A stretch of 64,000 bases of DNA, from assembly GCA_030447305.1 (NCBI GenBank), contig JAUJPC010000001.1, positions 114,459-178,458 of the forward strand, written 5' to 3'. How positions within the stretch are numbered: the first letter of the stretch is position 1; each line of letters begins with the position of its first letter. This DNA comes from Actinomycetota bacterium (lineage in GTDB: Bacteria > Actinomycetota > CADDZG01 > JAHWKV01). Of this stretch, positions 28,296-38,946 are shown piece after piece. The notes below the pieces were generated by a model that was not told the DNA's origin, did not search any database, and worked only from the letters and a program-made list of their open reading frames with translations. Both the position numbers and the translations under genes were made by a program.

Positions 28296-29725
28296 TCAGC
28301 TGTTCCGTTCCAAAAGGACGCTCATTCCATCCGACTGCTGGGACATCCGGCCCAGGAACAGACTGCCCTTGGCCATCAGATGGATCCGCTGGGCGTCTCC
28401 AACGGTGAGCCGCCGCAGCGCATGTGGCAGGTAGCAAACCGCCGATGCGAGGTGGCCTTGAGTGGGGGAGAACCCGGGCATTCCCTTGGTCTCGGCGAAC
28501 TCTCCCATCTGGTCGCGGGAGATGTCGCCCCGGCGAACCGCCAGCCCGGCGATCATCTTGTAGTTGCGCTCCGGCACGTTTCCCGAGCCCTGGGGTTCGG
28601 TGATCTCGGGGTCGTGCAATTCGGTGGCGAAGTCGTCGATATCGGCCATCTTCAGCTCGTTGCGCTCGAGAGGCTCCACCGCCAGGGCTTCCATGATCGC
28701 CTGGTTTGAGCCTCCGGCGGCGATGCGGTGACGTCCCACGGCGTCGAGCCGGATCCGCGGGGAGCTGCCGTCGTCCGGACCGATCAAAAAGGCGCAACCT
28801 CCCACGACGTCCTCCATGACCGGCAGCTCCTTGCTGAGGTGGCCCTGGAACTTCATCCCCAGTTTGGGTAGGGAGCCTCCGGCGGCGACGGCCACCCGCT
28901 GGAAGACTCCGGCTTTCACCAGTGCAGCAGCCATGACAAGAGCCGGAACCGGGGCGGCGCAGAAGTTCTTCACATCGGCGCCCGAGGCCTGCCTGAGCCC
29001 GGCGGCGTCGGCCATCGCCTTCGCCATGTTCCCTCCACCCCGCTGGTAGCGGTCGCCAACCGCCTCCTCGGAGCAAGAAATGACGTACTCGATGCTCTCG
29101 GGGTCGACGTCGTTGTCCTCCAGCAGGTGCATCAGAGCCAGGGCGCCGCTCGCCTTGTTGACAAGGTTCTCGAGCATCACGTTTGCGGCGAGGGACTCAT
29201 CCTCGTGGTGGGGACACTGAACGGTCCCGACGACGTCCTCCACCGGCCAGTACAGGTTCAGGGCGCCCTTCGTGCCGGCCTTGCCCTCCAGCCCCCGATC
29301 GCCGACGGCCTCCAGGCGGTCAAGGTCGAAGCGTTTGGAGAACGGATGGGATGACAGTCCGCCGGCCGCCCGGCCGGCGGCCTCGGACGTCAAGGCGATC
29401 AGGTCGAACTCGTCAACCGCCGCCATGAGGCCGAGAAACTCCGCCTCCGGCATGATCTCGCCGTCGGGTCCGAACCGGGACGCGCCTTCCATGCATAGGG
29501 TGGCCCGAGGGCGCTCGGGCATCTGGCGGGGGTGGATCGATCCCAGGTACGCCTGGTGGGATGGGTAGCCGGTGGCCTGGTCGAAGCTGCGGAGGCTGGA
29601 CAGGAATCGCTCTTGAATCTCAGGGTTCTTGGGCAGCTCACGGCCGGCTTGGAGCCGTGGCGCGCCATGCCGGGAAGGTGGGCCAGCACCTGAGAGGCGG
29701 CTGTTATTACAGGGTTATCGCTCAT
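28296..29725 (-). CDS. grdC: Glycine/sarcosine/betaine reductase component C, FabH-like subunit; frameshift near 29645
   Basis: HHEDESL..MLENLVNKASG, CSEEAVGDRYQRGGGN, NFCAAP, GSGNVPERNYKMI, PTQGH, KGSLFLGRM. Confidence 0.9.
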
Positions 29726-29732
29726 CGGGCTC

Positions 29733-31037
29733 CTAGTTCCTGATAGGTCTTGAGGGTTGGAAGACGGTTGGTTTGCTGACCGGCGTGGATACGGCCTTCA
29801 AGGCGGTCTCAAGCAGCGCCCGCCGCCACGCCTTCTCTTCATTGGTATCGAGTGCCGGGTCGCCGGCGGGGTACGGGATGCCCCGGGTCGGCACTACCCG
29901 GGGAGCGCCTACCCTAAGCGCGATCGGAACGAGGTTGCACAGAAGGGCGGTGGGTATTCCTGCCCTCTCCAACTCCTTGGCAAGCGTTGACCCGCAACGC
30001 GTACCGGTCCCTCAGGTCGAGGTAAGGATGGCGGCCTGCACTCCAGCCTTGCGGAGCTCGGCGGCCCATTCCACGCCGTAGCGCGCCCCGTTGGCCACGG
30101 AGGTTCCGTTTCCCACGGTGACGAAGTACTCCGCATACAGATTCCCGATCGCTCCCTCGTCCTCCAGCTCTCGGGCGACGTCCAGCGGAAGAATGCGGTT
30201 GGGGTCGGCGTTGGCGAAGATCGTCGAGAATCCCCCGTGGACCGAGACGTGGGATCCTTCCTCCAAGCCGGGCAGCTCCTCCAGCGGGTAACGCAACCAC
30301 TTGGTTGACCGAGCCGACTCCAGCCGGCCCGGGTTGCCGGCGGGTACCAGCCCCCCTTCGGTGAGAAGCGCCACCAGCGCCTGCGACGGGTCGGCGATAG
30401 GTCCGGCGGGCGACACCGCGCCGAAGTCGGGCATGGGGATCTCGGTGGCCTGCCGGTCTCCCGCCAGGCGGGCAAGCGCCAGGTCGACGGCCCGGGAGGC
30501 CGCGTTGGCGTCCACCAGCCGGTTGAGGCGGGGAATGCCGCCGACCAGTCCGTCATCGGCCGTCAGGGCTTCACCCGCGGCCATCTTGAGGGCTGCTTTG
30601 GCGACCCTGTCGAGGGTCGTTCCCATCTCCCGGGCGGTGAGACCCGTGCCCACAACCGGCGCCGGGGCGGCCTCCGCCACGCCCGGATTCTCGGCGTGCA
30701 TGGCGGCCAGGGCCACCAGACCCGCTTCCTTGGCGGCCTTGGCGACCCGCCCACACACAATCCCGTAGCGCCCGCTGGTGAAGGCCGGTCCGGCAATCAG
30801 CATCTCGGCGCCCGTGTTACGGAGAAGCTCGACGATCTCATCCGTGGCGCCCTCCTTCGAGGCGGCGTAGTCGTCGCCGCAGAAAACGGTGGCGACGATC
30901 TGGTGCTCTGCACCGAGTAAGGAGGCGAGCTTGCGGCTGGGACCGGTGGGGGCCTCCCGGACCTCGGGGCCGATACCCGCCTTGTCCTCTCCGCCGACTC
31001 CGGCGAAAAACTGGTTGACGTAGTGGACGATCCTCAT
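29733..31037 (-). CDS. grdB: Reductase selenoprotein B (UGA 30012-30014 read as Sec)
   Basis: HYVNQFFAGVGGEDKA, AGPAF, HGGF, DPNRILPLD; ILTST-U-GTGTRCG continues in frame into ORF 29733-29972. Confidence 0.93.
29984..30000 (-). promoter_or_regulatory. SECIS-like hairpin of grdB
   Basis: GCGTTG-CGGGT-CAACGC beginning 11 nt after the UGA. Confidence 0.7.
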
Positions 31038-32314
31038 GCCGGAGCCTCCGTTGCGCAGGTGAGCCGGCCCCAGCCGATCGGGCTGAGACTGCCGTAGACA
31101 GCGGCCACCGGCAGGGTCATCTCGGCCTTGGCGTCCAACCCGTTGAGGTCGACGACCTCACCGCCCAGAGCGTTGTCGACGGCGTCCAGGGTGATCCGCT
31201 CGTCGTAGTTGCCGGTGCTGACCATGGCGGTTGCGGTGGTGGGTGGGGCGACCAGGGGCGGCCCCAGGCCTTCGGGACCGCTCATCTCGGCGAAGATGCC
31301 GATTCCGACGAGTCCCATCGACTCCAGCGCGTCGACCTTCAGGGAGATGTCCGAGTCGGCGTTGCCGCCGCCCTCTTTGGTGACGATCGCGGCGTCCAGC
31401 CCGAGCTGGCGCGCCAGCCGGGCGGCGTGCGCGGAGGTCAGCTCCTTCAGGGTCTGGTCGACCGGCTCGGGTGACAGGATCACGCCGCCGAAGGTCAGGT
31501 TTCTGCCATTCCTTTCCCGCAGGGCGGCAACGACCGGGTTGTTCTGGTGCACAAAGGTGGGGTTCTTGAGGGCCGGATGGCCGTACTGGCCGCTTACCAC
31601 GGCGCCGTCGTCCAGCTCGTTGGGATCGATGGCGGTCGGGAGCGAGTTCGCCATAGTCCGGCCGTAAACGAAGACGTCCTTGAAAGCACCCTGCGTCTGC
31701 AGGTTGATGATGGTCCCCACCCGGGGAAGGTCAGAGTCAGACCTTGGATCGAGGGCCGCCAGCTTTTCGACTCCGTCGGGCCTGATGTCCAGGGCCAGCT
31801 CGGCCAGTGCCACGGCCACCCGCATTGCTCCCAGTCGTAGCGCCTCGTCGACCTGGGTCCACGAGGCGCCCTCGGCTGGTGCGAACTCGATCACCAGATT
31901 GTTGGTGGAGCCGAGAAACGAGAGCTCGGCCGTCGGACCGGACATCTGCACCATGCCCTCCTGCGCTCGGGGAAGCTTGCCGGCAACCACAACCGCAGCA
32001 CCTTTCAGCACGTGGGTAACGCCCTCGCCCTGAGCGGTGGCGGGACCCAGGAACCCCGGGAAGATGCCGGCTCCGCCGGGGCCTTTGGTGCGGGGCTCCA
32101 TGGAGTCGAGGATCTTAATGATTCGCACGCTCTCGCCGGGCCGTGCCCAGGACAGCCGGGTCGAGGCGAGTGCAGGGCTCCTGAGCAGGGCCTGAAGTTC
32201 TTCTTCCGAAACGACAAGGTTTCCACCGCTCAGTCCGGCTGCATCTCCAAACTCCGCATGGCGAACATGGTGAACCAACCGTTCCAGGCCCTTGAAGCCG
32301 TTCTCTTCAGCCAC
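31034..32314 (-). CDS. grdE: Reductase component B alpha/beta proprotein (GrdE/GrdI-like)
   Basis: ARPGESVRI, THVLKG, PNELDDGAVVSG, KNPTFVHQNNP, EGGGNADSD, VSTGN. Confidence 0.85.
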   Translation of the reverse strand: MAEENGFKGLERLVHHVRHAEFGDAAGLSGGNLVVSEEELQALLRSPALASTRLSWARPGESVRIIKILDSMEPRTKGPGGAGIFPGFLGPATAQGEGVTHVLKGAAVVVAGKLPRAQEGMVQMSGPTAELSFLGSTNNLVIEFAPAEGASWTQVDEALRLGAMRVAVALAELALDIRPDGVEKLAALDPRSDSDLPRVGTIINLQTQGAFKDVFVYGRTMANSLPTAIDPNELDDGAVVSGQYGHPALKNPTFVHQNNPVVAALRERNGRNLTFGGVILSPEPVDQTLKELTSAHAARLARQLGLDAAIVTKEGGGNADSDISLKVDALESMGLVGIGIFAEMSGPEGLGPPLVAPPTTATAMVSTGNYDERITLDAVDNALGGEVVDLNGLDAKAEMTLPVAAVYGSLSPIGWGRLTCATEAPA

Positions 32315-32400
32315 GAATCCTCCGTCAAGCGTCTCAGCTCAGAATTCTGACGTCGTATCCCCACAGATTACCGAGATGCGGCAGTCCCTTGCAGATGTCC

Positions 32401-33822
32401 CTACTTAAATTGGTGCTTCAGGGCGGACCGGGCGGCAAAATGGCCGCACATTCCGTGCACGCCGCCGCCGGGCGGGGTGGACGAAGAGCACAGATACAGA
32501 CCGTCGATCGGCGTGGAGTAAGGGTCCACCCGGGGCACCGGACGGGTGAAGAGCTGCCGGATGTCTTGCACCCCCCCGTTGATATCGCCCCCGACGTAGT
32601 TGGGGTTGTGGCGCTCGAGCTCTGCCGGGCTTCGCGTCGTGCGGGCGAGGATCAGGTCCTTGAAGCCGGGAGCGGCCCGTTCGATCTGGTTCTCTATCGC
32701 CTCGGTCATGTCCACCGGGTAGCCGTTGGGGACGTGGCAGTAACCCCAGAGTGTGTGCTTGCCCTCAGGCGCTCGGGAGGGGTCCGGCACGCTCTGCTGG
32801 GCGATGATGCAGTACGGCCGGTCGATGTGCCGTCCCTCCCAGAGTGCCCGCTCGGAAGCGGCTATCTGCTCGAAGGTTCCACCGAGATGAACCGTTCCCG
32901 CCTCCCGGCAGAGCCGGTTCTTCCAGGGGACCGGCCCGTCCAGGGCCCAGTCGACCTTGAACACCGACGGCCCGTAACGGTAGCGCCGGAGCAGAAACAG
33001 GTAGGGCTTGGGAAGCCGGTCGCCTGCAATATCTTCGAGCTGGCGGGGACCGAGATCCAGCAGAGCTGCCCGGTGCTGAGGCAGGTCGTTGAGATTCTTC
33101 ACCGGGCGATCCGTCACGACCCGGCCCCCCAGCGACTCCAGGATCGACCTCATCGCCTCGGCCAGGTTCTGGGTCCCCCCCTTGACGACCGGCCACCCGA
33201 CGGCGTGGCCCAGAATCGCCAGAATCAGGCCAAAGCCGCCGGTCGCCAGACGGTCGAGCGGCAAGAGGGAGTGCGCGGCCACGCCACCGAGAAGGGCACG
33301 GGTACGGTCGTCCTCGAACATCGTTGTGAGCCCCTTGGCTGAGCGAATGGCATGGACGCCGAAGCGGCCCGCAGCTATCGGGTGGCGCGGCGGGCGGAAG
33401 GGCCCAAGGAACTGGTCAACCAGATGAAGGTAGGACCGCACGAAGGGTGCCATGAGCTTCACGTAATCGTCGGCGTCCCGCCCCAGATGTAAAGCGGTCT
33501 GGGGGACCGACATCTCCAGGGCGGCAATACGGCCGTCATCCAGCGGGTGAGCCACCGGCAGTTTGGGCGGCAGCAGCTCCAGCCCGTGCTCCGCAAGCGG
33601 CAGTGACGCCAGGAACGGCGAGGCGACGGCCAGCGGGTGGATGGCGGAGCAGATGTCGTGTACGAATCCGGGAAGCGTGAGCTCCGCGGATCGCATGCCG
33701 CCCCCGATCACCGGCTCCGCCTCGATGACCTGCACCGACAGGCCTTTTTGAGCCAGGGTGATCGCGGCTGCCAGCCCGTTAGGGCCGGAACCGACTACGA
33801 CGGCATCGAAGCTCTCGGACAC
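32401..33822 (-). CDS. Phytoene dehydrogenase-like FAD oxidoreductase
   Basis: GSGPNGL, HDICSAIHP, STPPGGGVHGMCG. Confidence 0.88.
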   Translation of the reverse strand: MSESFDAVVVGSGPNGLAAAITLAQKGLSVQVIEAEPVIGGGMRSAELTLPGFVHDICSAIHPLAVASPFLASLPLAEHGLELLPPKLPVAHPLDDGRIAALEMSVPQTALHLGRDADDYVKLMAPFVRSYLHLVDQFLGPFRPPRHPIAAGRFGVHAIRSAKGLTTMFEDDRTRALLGGVAAHSLLPLDRLATGGFGLILAILGHAVGWPVVKGGTQNLAEAMRSILESLGGRVVTDRPVKNLNDLPQHRAALLDLGPRQLEDIAGDRLPKPYLFLLRRYRYGPSVFKVDWALDGPVPWKNRLCREAGTVHLGGTFEQIAASERALWEGRHIDRPYCIIAQQSVPDPSRAPEGKHTLWGYCHVPNGYPVDMTEAIENQIERAAPGFKDLILARTTRSPAELERHNPNYVGGDINGGVQDIRQLFTRPVPRVDPYSTPIDGLYLCSSSTPPGGGVHGMCGHFAARSALKHQFK

Positions 33823-33901
33823 GGTGCGTTCAGACTAGGTCAACCGGCGGGCCGCTGCATGTCGTAAGTTGTTAATGAACGTCGGAACCTAACGGAGGAT
33901 T

Positions 33902-34735
33902 TTGATGACTGGACAGAGGGTTGGATTTCAGGGGGAGGCCGGCGCCTACAGCGAGAAGGCGGCACGGTTTTTGTTTCCCGAAGCGACCCTGGTTCCGTTC
34001 AAGTCCTTCCATAAGGTCTTCGAGGCCACCGAGATAGGAGCAACCGACTTCGGCGTGGTTCCCCTGGAGAACTCCCACGCCGGGTCGATCAACGACTCCT
34101 ACGATCTGCTGGTCAGGCACGGGGTTCAGATAGTCGCGGAGACCATCGTGCGGATCCATCACTGCCTGCTGGCGCCGGAGGACGTGGATATCACCGAGGT
34201 CAACTACGTCTACTCGCACCCCCAGGCGCTGGAGCAGTGCGAGGAGTTCCTCGACAGCCTTCGGGCCGACCGGATAGCCGTCTACGATACCGCCGGGGCC
34301 GCCAAGCTGATCGCCGAAGAAAACAAGCCGGGTTCCGCTGCGATCGCCTCGGAGGACGCCGGGAGCCTCTATGCGCTGAAGGTCCTGGAACGCAACATCG
34401 AGGACCGAGCCGACAACTCTACCAAGTTCGTGGCGATAAGCCGGAGTGCCACCGACCAGATGGGCCCGCCGCAGAAAACCTCGATAGTGTTCGCCACGGC
34501 TAACATTCCGGGTGCCCTCTACGAGTGCTTGAAGGAATTTTCAGATCGGAAGTTGAACCTGACCAAGCTGGAGAGCCGCCCGTCCGGGGCCAAGGCCTGG
34601 CAGTACCACTTCTACCTGGACTTCGACGCTGCCACCAAAGACCCGATCGCCCAGGACCTGCTGGCCGCGCTGGCGGCACAGACATCGTTTTTGAGGGTCC
34701 TGGGCTCCTACCCGCACGCAGCGAAGACTACCTAA
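33902..34735 (+). CDS. pheA: Prephenate dehydratase
   Basis: QGEAGAYSE, PLENS, SHPQAL, ACT domain with ESRP. Confidence 0.93.
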   Translation: MMTGQRVGFQGEAGAYSEKAARFLFPEATLVPFKSFHKVFEATEIGATDFGVVPLENSHAGSINDSYDLLVRHGVQIVAETIVRIHHCLLAPEDVDITEVNYVYSHPQALEQCEEFLDSLRADRIAVYDTAGAAKLIAEENKPGSAAIASEDAGSLYALKVLERNIEDRADNSTKFVAISRSATDQMGPPQKTSIVFATANIPGALYECLKEFSDRKLNLTKLESRPSGAKAWQYHFYLDFDAATKDPIAQDLLAALAAQTSFLRVLGSYPHAAKTT

Positions 34736-34739
34736 GCAT

Positions 34740-35390
34740 CTAGGCCCCGGTCTTGGTCCGCCTATTGCTCTTTCGGTACTCCAGGATTATGGGGATCACC
34801 GAAAGCAGGACGATTCCCACAATCACCGGTGTGAGGTAGTGCTCCAGCTGCGGAAAACGCTTGCCAAGCCCGTATCCCAGCAGGATGCCGAGGACGGACC
34901 AGATCCCCCCGCCGATGACGTTGAACGTCACGAAAGTTCGGTATCGCATCTGAGAGACCCCGGCCAGGATTGGGGTGAAGGTCCGGACAATTGGGATGAA
35001 ACGGGCCAGGATGAGCGCCTTGGCGCCATGTTTCTCGAAGAATTCATGCGTCTTGGTGACGTTCTCCTGCTTGAAGAACCGGGAGTTGGGCCTTTTGAAG
35101 ATCGCCGGCCCGACCTTTGCGCCGAACATGTAACCCACCTGGTCCCCGAGGACCGCGCCGAGAAATACGCAAAGGATCAACACGCCCAGACTGGGCCGCC
35201 CCGCAAGCGCCACCACCAACCCGGCAGAGAAGAGCAGAGAGTCGCCGGGAAGGAAGAAGCCGAACAGCAGGCCGGACTCCGCGAAGACGATCGCGGTAAC
35301 GACCAGAACGAAGATGGGCGCGCCCCGCTCGAGGAGCGGTTGGAGGTCCGGATGCAGCAGCCACCCTATGACTTTGCCTATGAAGTCCAA
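34740..35390 (-). CDS. DedA-family membrane protein
   Basis: FAESG..FLPGDSLL, ARFIPIVRTF. Confidence 0.92.
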   Translation of the reverse strand: MDFIGKVIGWLLHPDLQPLLERGAPIFVLVVTAIVFAESGLLFGFFLPGDSLLFSAGLVVALAGRPSLGVLILCVFLGAVLGDQVGYMFGAKVGPAIFKRPNSRFFKQENVTKTHEFFEKHGAKALILARFIPIVRTFTPILAGVSQMRYRTFVTFNVIGGGIWSVLGILLGYGLGKRFPQLEHYLTPVIVGIVLLSVIPIILEYRKSNRRTKTGA

Positions 35391-35462
35391 AAGGGTCCTT
35401 GCCGATCCGCAGATTCGCTCACCGGCTCGATTCTATCGGCGAACCACCAAACCCCTCGAAAA

Positions 35463-35496
35463 TGATCCGGCCGGTCCTTCAGGGCCGGCCGGATCA
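35463..35496. terminator. Strong hairpin downstream of the pnt operon
   Basis: TGATCCGGCCGG..CCGGCCGGATCA inverted repeat. Confidence 0.6.
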
Positions 35497-35511
35497 CCGC
35501 CACGAGCAGGC

Positions 35512-36963
35512 TTAGTGCCCCGCTGATACTCCCGATAGCTCCTTCACTACGTCCCCGATGTAGCCCTTGGCGTCTCCGAAGAGCATCATCGTCTTGTCCA
35601 TGAAGAACAGCTCGTTTTCGACACCCGCGAAACCCGCCGACATACCTCGCTTGACCACCATGACGGTCTGGGCTTGATCGGCGTTCAGGATCGGCATGCC
35701 GAAGATCGGGCTGGTCTTGTCCGTTCTTGCGGCCGGGTTGACCACGTCGTTGGCTCCGATGATCAGAGCGACGTCCGTTTGCGGGAAGTCGGAGTTGATC
35801 TCGTCCATGTCGATCAGCCGGTCGTACGGGATGTCGGCCTCGGCGAGAAGCACGTTCATGTGCCCGGGCATGCGGCCCGCCACCGGGTGGATGGCGAATC
35901 GGACGTCGACCCCCCGCTTGGTCAGGACGTCGTACAGCTCACGCACCTTGTGCTGCGCCTGAGACACCGCCATACCGTAACCCGGGATGACGATGACCGA
36001 CTCCGAGTTCTCCAGCATCTGAGCCGTCTCCTCCGGGCTGATGTTGCGCACGGAGCGCTCCTCGACCTGGCCGTCCTTGATGTGGGCGACCGCCCCGAAC
36101 CCTCCGAACAGCACATTGGTGAACGACCGGTTCATCGCCTTGCACATGATGATCGACAGGATCAGACCCGAGGTTCCATCCAATGCACCGGCGATGATGA
36201 GCAGCTTGTTGTCCAGCGCGAAGCCCATGGCGGCTGCCGATAGTCCCGCGTAGCCATTCAGCAGGGCGATGACGGTAGGCATGTCGGCGCCGCCGATCGG
36301 AACGATAAGCGCTATTCCGAAGATCAGCGTCAGGCCGATAAGCCAGGGGAACAGGTGGGCGGCCTCCGGGTTGACCACCAGGTAACCCGCGATCAGCACC
36401 GAAGCCCCGAAGACGCCCAGGTTGATGAAGTTCTGACCGGGATACAGGATCGGCTTGCCCGGCAGAATGCCCTGCAACTTGCCGAACGCCATCAGCGATC
36501 CGGTGAATGTCAGGTACCCGAGGACCACCTCGAAGCCGATGGCGGTCAGCGCAACCTTGGAGAGGTTGGGGCCGTGCAGGTAGAACTCGGCCGTTCCCAC
36601 CAGCCCGGCCGCCAGGGCGCCCAGAGCGTGTGAGAAAGCGGTACGTTGCGGAACCGCGGTCATCTTCATCAGGAGGGCCAGCGGGGCGCCGATTAGCGCT
36701 CCGATTACCATCGCGATAGCAATCCACTTGAACTCGACGATCTCTTCCTTCAGCAGCGTGCCCACCACGGCAAGCAGCATGCCGATCTCGCCGGCCTTGA
36801 CGCCCTTCCGGGCGGTGCTTGGGTGGCTGAGCCACTTCAAAGACATGATGAAACCGACGGCCGAGACGAGGTAGATCAGGTCGATCCAGCGCGCAATTCC
36901 CGTTGCGGCGGCTCCGGTAGATTCCGGAGCGGAAACAGCTAGGAAGGTAACAAGTTCGTTCAT
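35512..36963 (-). CDS. pntB: NAD(P) transhydrogenase beta subunit
   Basis: GGADMP, PGYGMAV, HPVAGRMPGHMNVLLAE, GANDVVNP. Confidence 0.97.
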   Translation of the reverse strand: MNELVTFLAVSAPESTGAAATGIARWIDLIYLVSAVGFIMSLKWLSHPSTARKGVKAGEIGMLLAVVGTLLKEEIVEFKWIAIAMVIGALIGAPLALLMKMTAVPQRTAFSHALGALAAGLVGTAEFYLHGPNLSKVALTAIGFEVVLGYLTFTGSLMAFGKLQGILPGKPILYPGQNFINLGVFGASVLIAGYLVVNPEAAHLFPWLIGLTLIFGIALIVPIGGADMPTVIALLNGYAGLSAAAMGFALDNKLLIIAGALDGTSGLILSIIMCKAMNRSFTNVLFGGFGAVAHIKDGQVEERSVRNISPEETAQMLENSESVIVIPGYGMAVSQAQHKVRELYDVLTKRGVDVRFAIHPVAGRMPGHMNVLLAEADIPYDRLIDMDEINSDFPQTDVALIIGANDVVNPAARTDKTSPIFGMPILNADQAQTVMVVKRGMSAGFAGVENELFFMDKTMMLFGDAKGYIGDVVKELSGVSAGH

Positions 36964-37256
36964 GACTTGGCCGGCCCCCTCGTCTTGAACATCTTCAGCA
37001 TCCGGTCGGTGATGAGGAATCCACCTACGACGTTGGCGAACGATGCGGCGACCGCAATTGTGCCGAGAACGGTGGCGAAGGGAGCCTGAGCCGAGCCCGC
37101 CAAGATCAGCGACCCGACCAGAGAGATGGCTGCGATGGCGTTGGTCAACGACATCAGAGGCGTGTGGAGCAGCACGGAGACCCGGCTGATCACCTGGTAT
37201 CCGAGGAAGGCAGCCAGCACGAAGACGTACAGGCTGTTGGTGAGCGACTCATCCAT
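36960..37256 (-). CDS. pntAB: NAD(P) transhydrogenase alpha part 2
   Basis: LHTPLMSLTNAI, NVVGGFLITDRML. Confidence 0.95.
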   Translation of the reverse strand: MDESLTNSLYVFVLAAFLGYQVISRVSVLLHTPLMSLTNAIAAISLVGSLILAGSAQAPFATVLGTIAVAASFANVVGGFLITDRMLKMFKTRGPAKS

Positions 37257-37307
37257 TGGAAGCGGTTTCCCCCCTTCAGTAGGAGATCGGTGACTTTGCT
37301 GGGATCA

Positions 37308-38597
37308 TCAGCTGGCTGCGGTCTCGGGTTTAACGGCGCCGTTGGACGTGCCCTCCGGCGGAGCCACACGCAACTCGGCCGTGCCGTCGGGCTTGGCGGG
37401 CCCGGGCGTCTCGGCGGTGGCGGCCGACGGGGCTTCCAGACCCAGCGCCTCCCTCAGCCGGGGAAGCACAACCTCGCCGTCCCTGGCAAGCAGCGTCTCG
37501 ACGGTGATCTGGTCCTCCATGTCCCACTGAAAGGCACCGTCCTTCACCAGGTGGGTCAGGAAGGTGACCAGGTTCTTCGCGTACATGGAGCTGGCGTGGT
37601 ACGGAACCGTCGCCGGGAGGTTGGTGGGTCCCATGATCGTCACATCGTTGACGACGATGGTCTCGTTGGCCTTGGTTAGCTCGCAGTTGCCACCGCGCTC
37701 AGCCGCAAGGTCGACGATGACCGACCCCGGCTGCATCTTCTTCACCATCTCCTCGGTAATGAGCACGGGGGACTTCTTGCCCGGAATGGCGGCGGTGGTG
37801 ATAACCACGTCGATGTTCTCCACCACGCTGGTCATCAGCTCACGCTGTTTGCGCAGGAAGTCCTCGCCCATCTCCTTGGCGTATCCGCCCTTGTCCTCGG
37901 CCTCTCCGGCCTCCAACTCCATCTCGACGAACTTGGCCCCGACTGATACAACCTGCTCCTTCACCGCCGCACGAACGTCGTACGCCTGCACGACGGCACC
38001 CAGCCGCTTCGCGGTGGCGATGGCCTGTAGGCCGGCTACGCCGGCGCCGATCACGAAGACCTTGGCCGGCCGGACGGTCCCGGCGGCGGTGGTAAGCATG
38101 GGGAACATCTTGGGCATGTTCGCCGCTGCGACGAGAACCGCCTTGTATCCGCCAACCGTCGCCTGCGACGACAACACGTCCATGCTCTGCGCGCGGGTGA
38201 TCCGGGGCATCAGCTCGATGGACAGGATGGTGGCACCGGTCTTGGCCATCTCCTGAACGCCGGCAGCGTTGCCCAGCGGGTCCGTCAATCCGATGATCAC
38301 CTGATCCTTGCGCATGAGAGAAAGGTCGTCCCGGCCCTTTTCGGGGTTAGCTCCGAATGTCTGGACCTGCAGCACCACGTCGGCTCCGAAAGCTTCCGCG
38401 CGCGTGCCGATGGTGGCGCCCTTCTCCTCGTACTCCGCGTCCGGAAAGCCGGCTGCCTGGCCCGCGCCGGATTCAACGATCGTTTTCATTCCTGCCTTGG
38501 ACAAGGCCTGTAATACTCCCGGCACCAAGGCCACCCTGGCCTCGCCCGGGAAGGTTTCGGTTGGCACGCCAACCGTCAGCTGCGGGTCCTCCGCCAC
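37308..38597 (-). CDS. pntAA: NAD(P) transhydrogenase alpha part 1
   Basis: RITRAQSMDVLSSQ, GAGVAGL, GGYAK, DLAAERGGNC; AAGGAGG RBS. Confidence 0.96.
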   Translation of the reverse strand: MAEDPQLTVGVPTETFPGEARVALVPGVLQALSKAGMKTIVESGAGQAAGFPDAEYEEKGATIGTRAEAFGADVVLQVQTFGANPEKGRDDLSLMRKDQVIIGLTDPLGNAAGVQEMAKTGATILSIELMPRITRAQSMDVLSSQATVGGYKAVLVAAANMPKMFPMLTTAAGTVRPAKVFVIGAGVAGLQAIATAKRLGAVVQAYDVRAAVKEQVVSVGAKFVEMELEAGEAEDKGGYAKEMGEDFLRKQRELMTSVVENIDVVITTAAIPGKKSPVLITEEMVKKMQPGSVIVDLAAERGGNCELTKANETIVVNDVTIMGPTNLPATVPYHASSMYAKNLVTFLTHLVKDGAFQWDMEDQITVETLLARDGEVVLPRLREALGLEAPSAATAETPGPAKPDGTAELRVAPPEGTSNGAVKPETAAS

Positions 38598-38946
38598 TTT
38601 CCACCTCCTTAAATGATGCAAACCCTCGGCGGGCACTGTCACCGGACCCTCGAAGGCGCGGTGAAGACGCGTAAAAAGTGCTTGCGTAGGCTACTGGAAA
38701 CAGGGGTGTGAAATCATCTTTCGCCACGCCTAAATTCGGCGGCAGGAATTGTGCCTGACGGTGCGACGACCTCAACCCCGGTTGGTTGCCGCTCGCCGGT
38801 ATTGCCTTATACTTTTTGTACAGAGTTTCCAAAGCGTTTTGGGCGCAAAGAGTTTTAGACAAAGTGGGCTTGCTCTTGCATCCGCGTCGGGTTTGTCTGT
38901 GTTCCCGGGCGGGGAAGTGCGCCGGTCCGGGTGACAACTTAAGGAG

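Noticed and set aside
29733-29972. Separate 79-aa gene, possibly grdA
   Set aside because: It is the in-frame C-terminus of GrdB beyond the Sec UGA; no GrdA-like motif was found in the window
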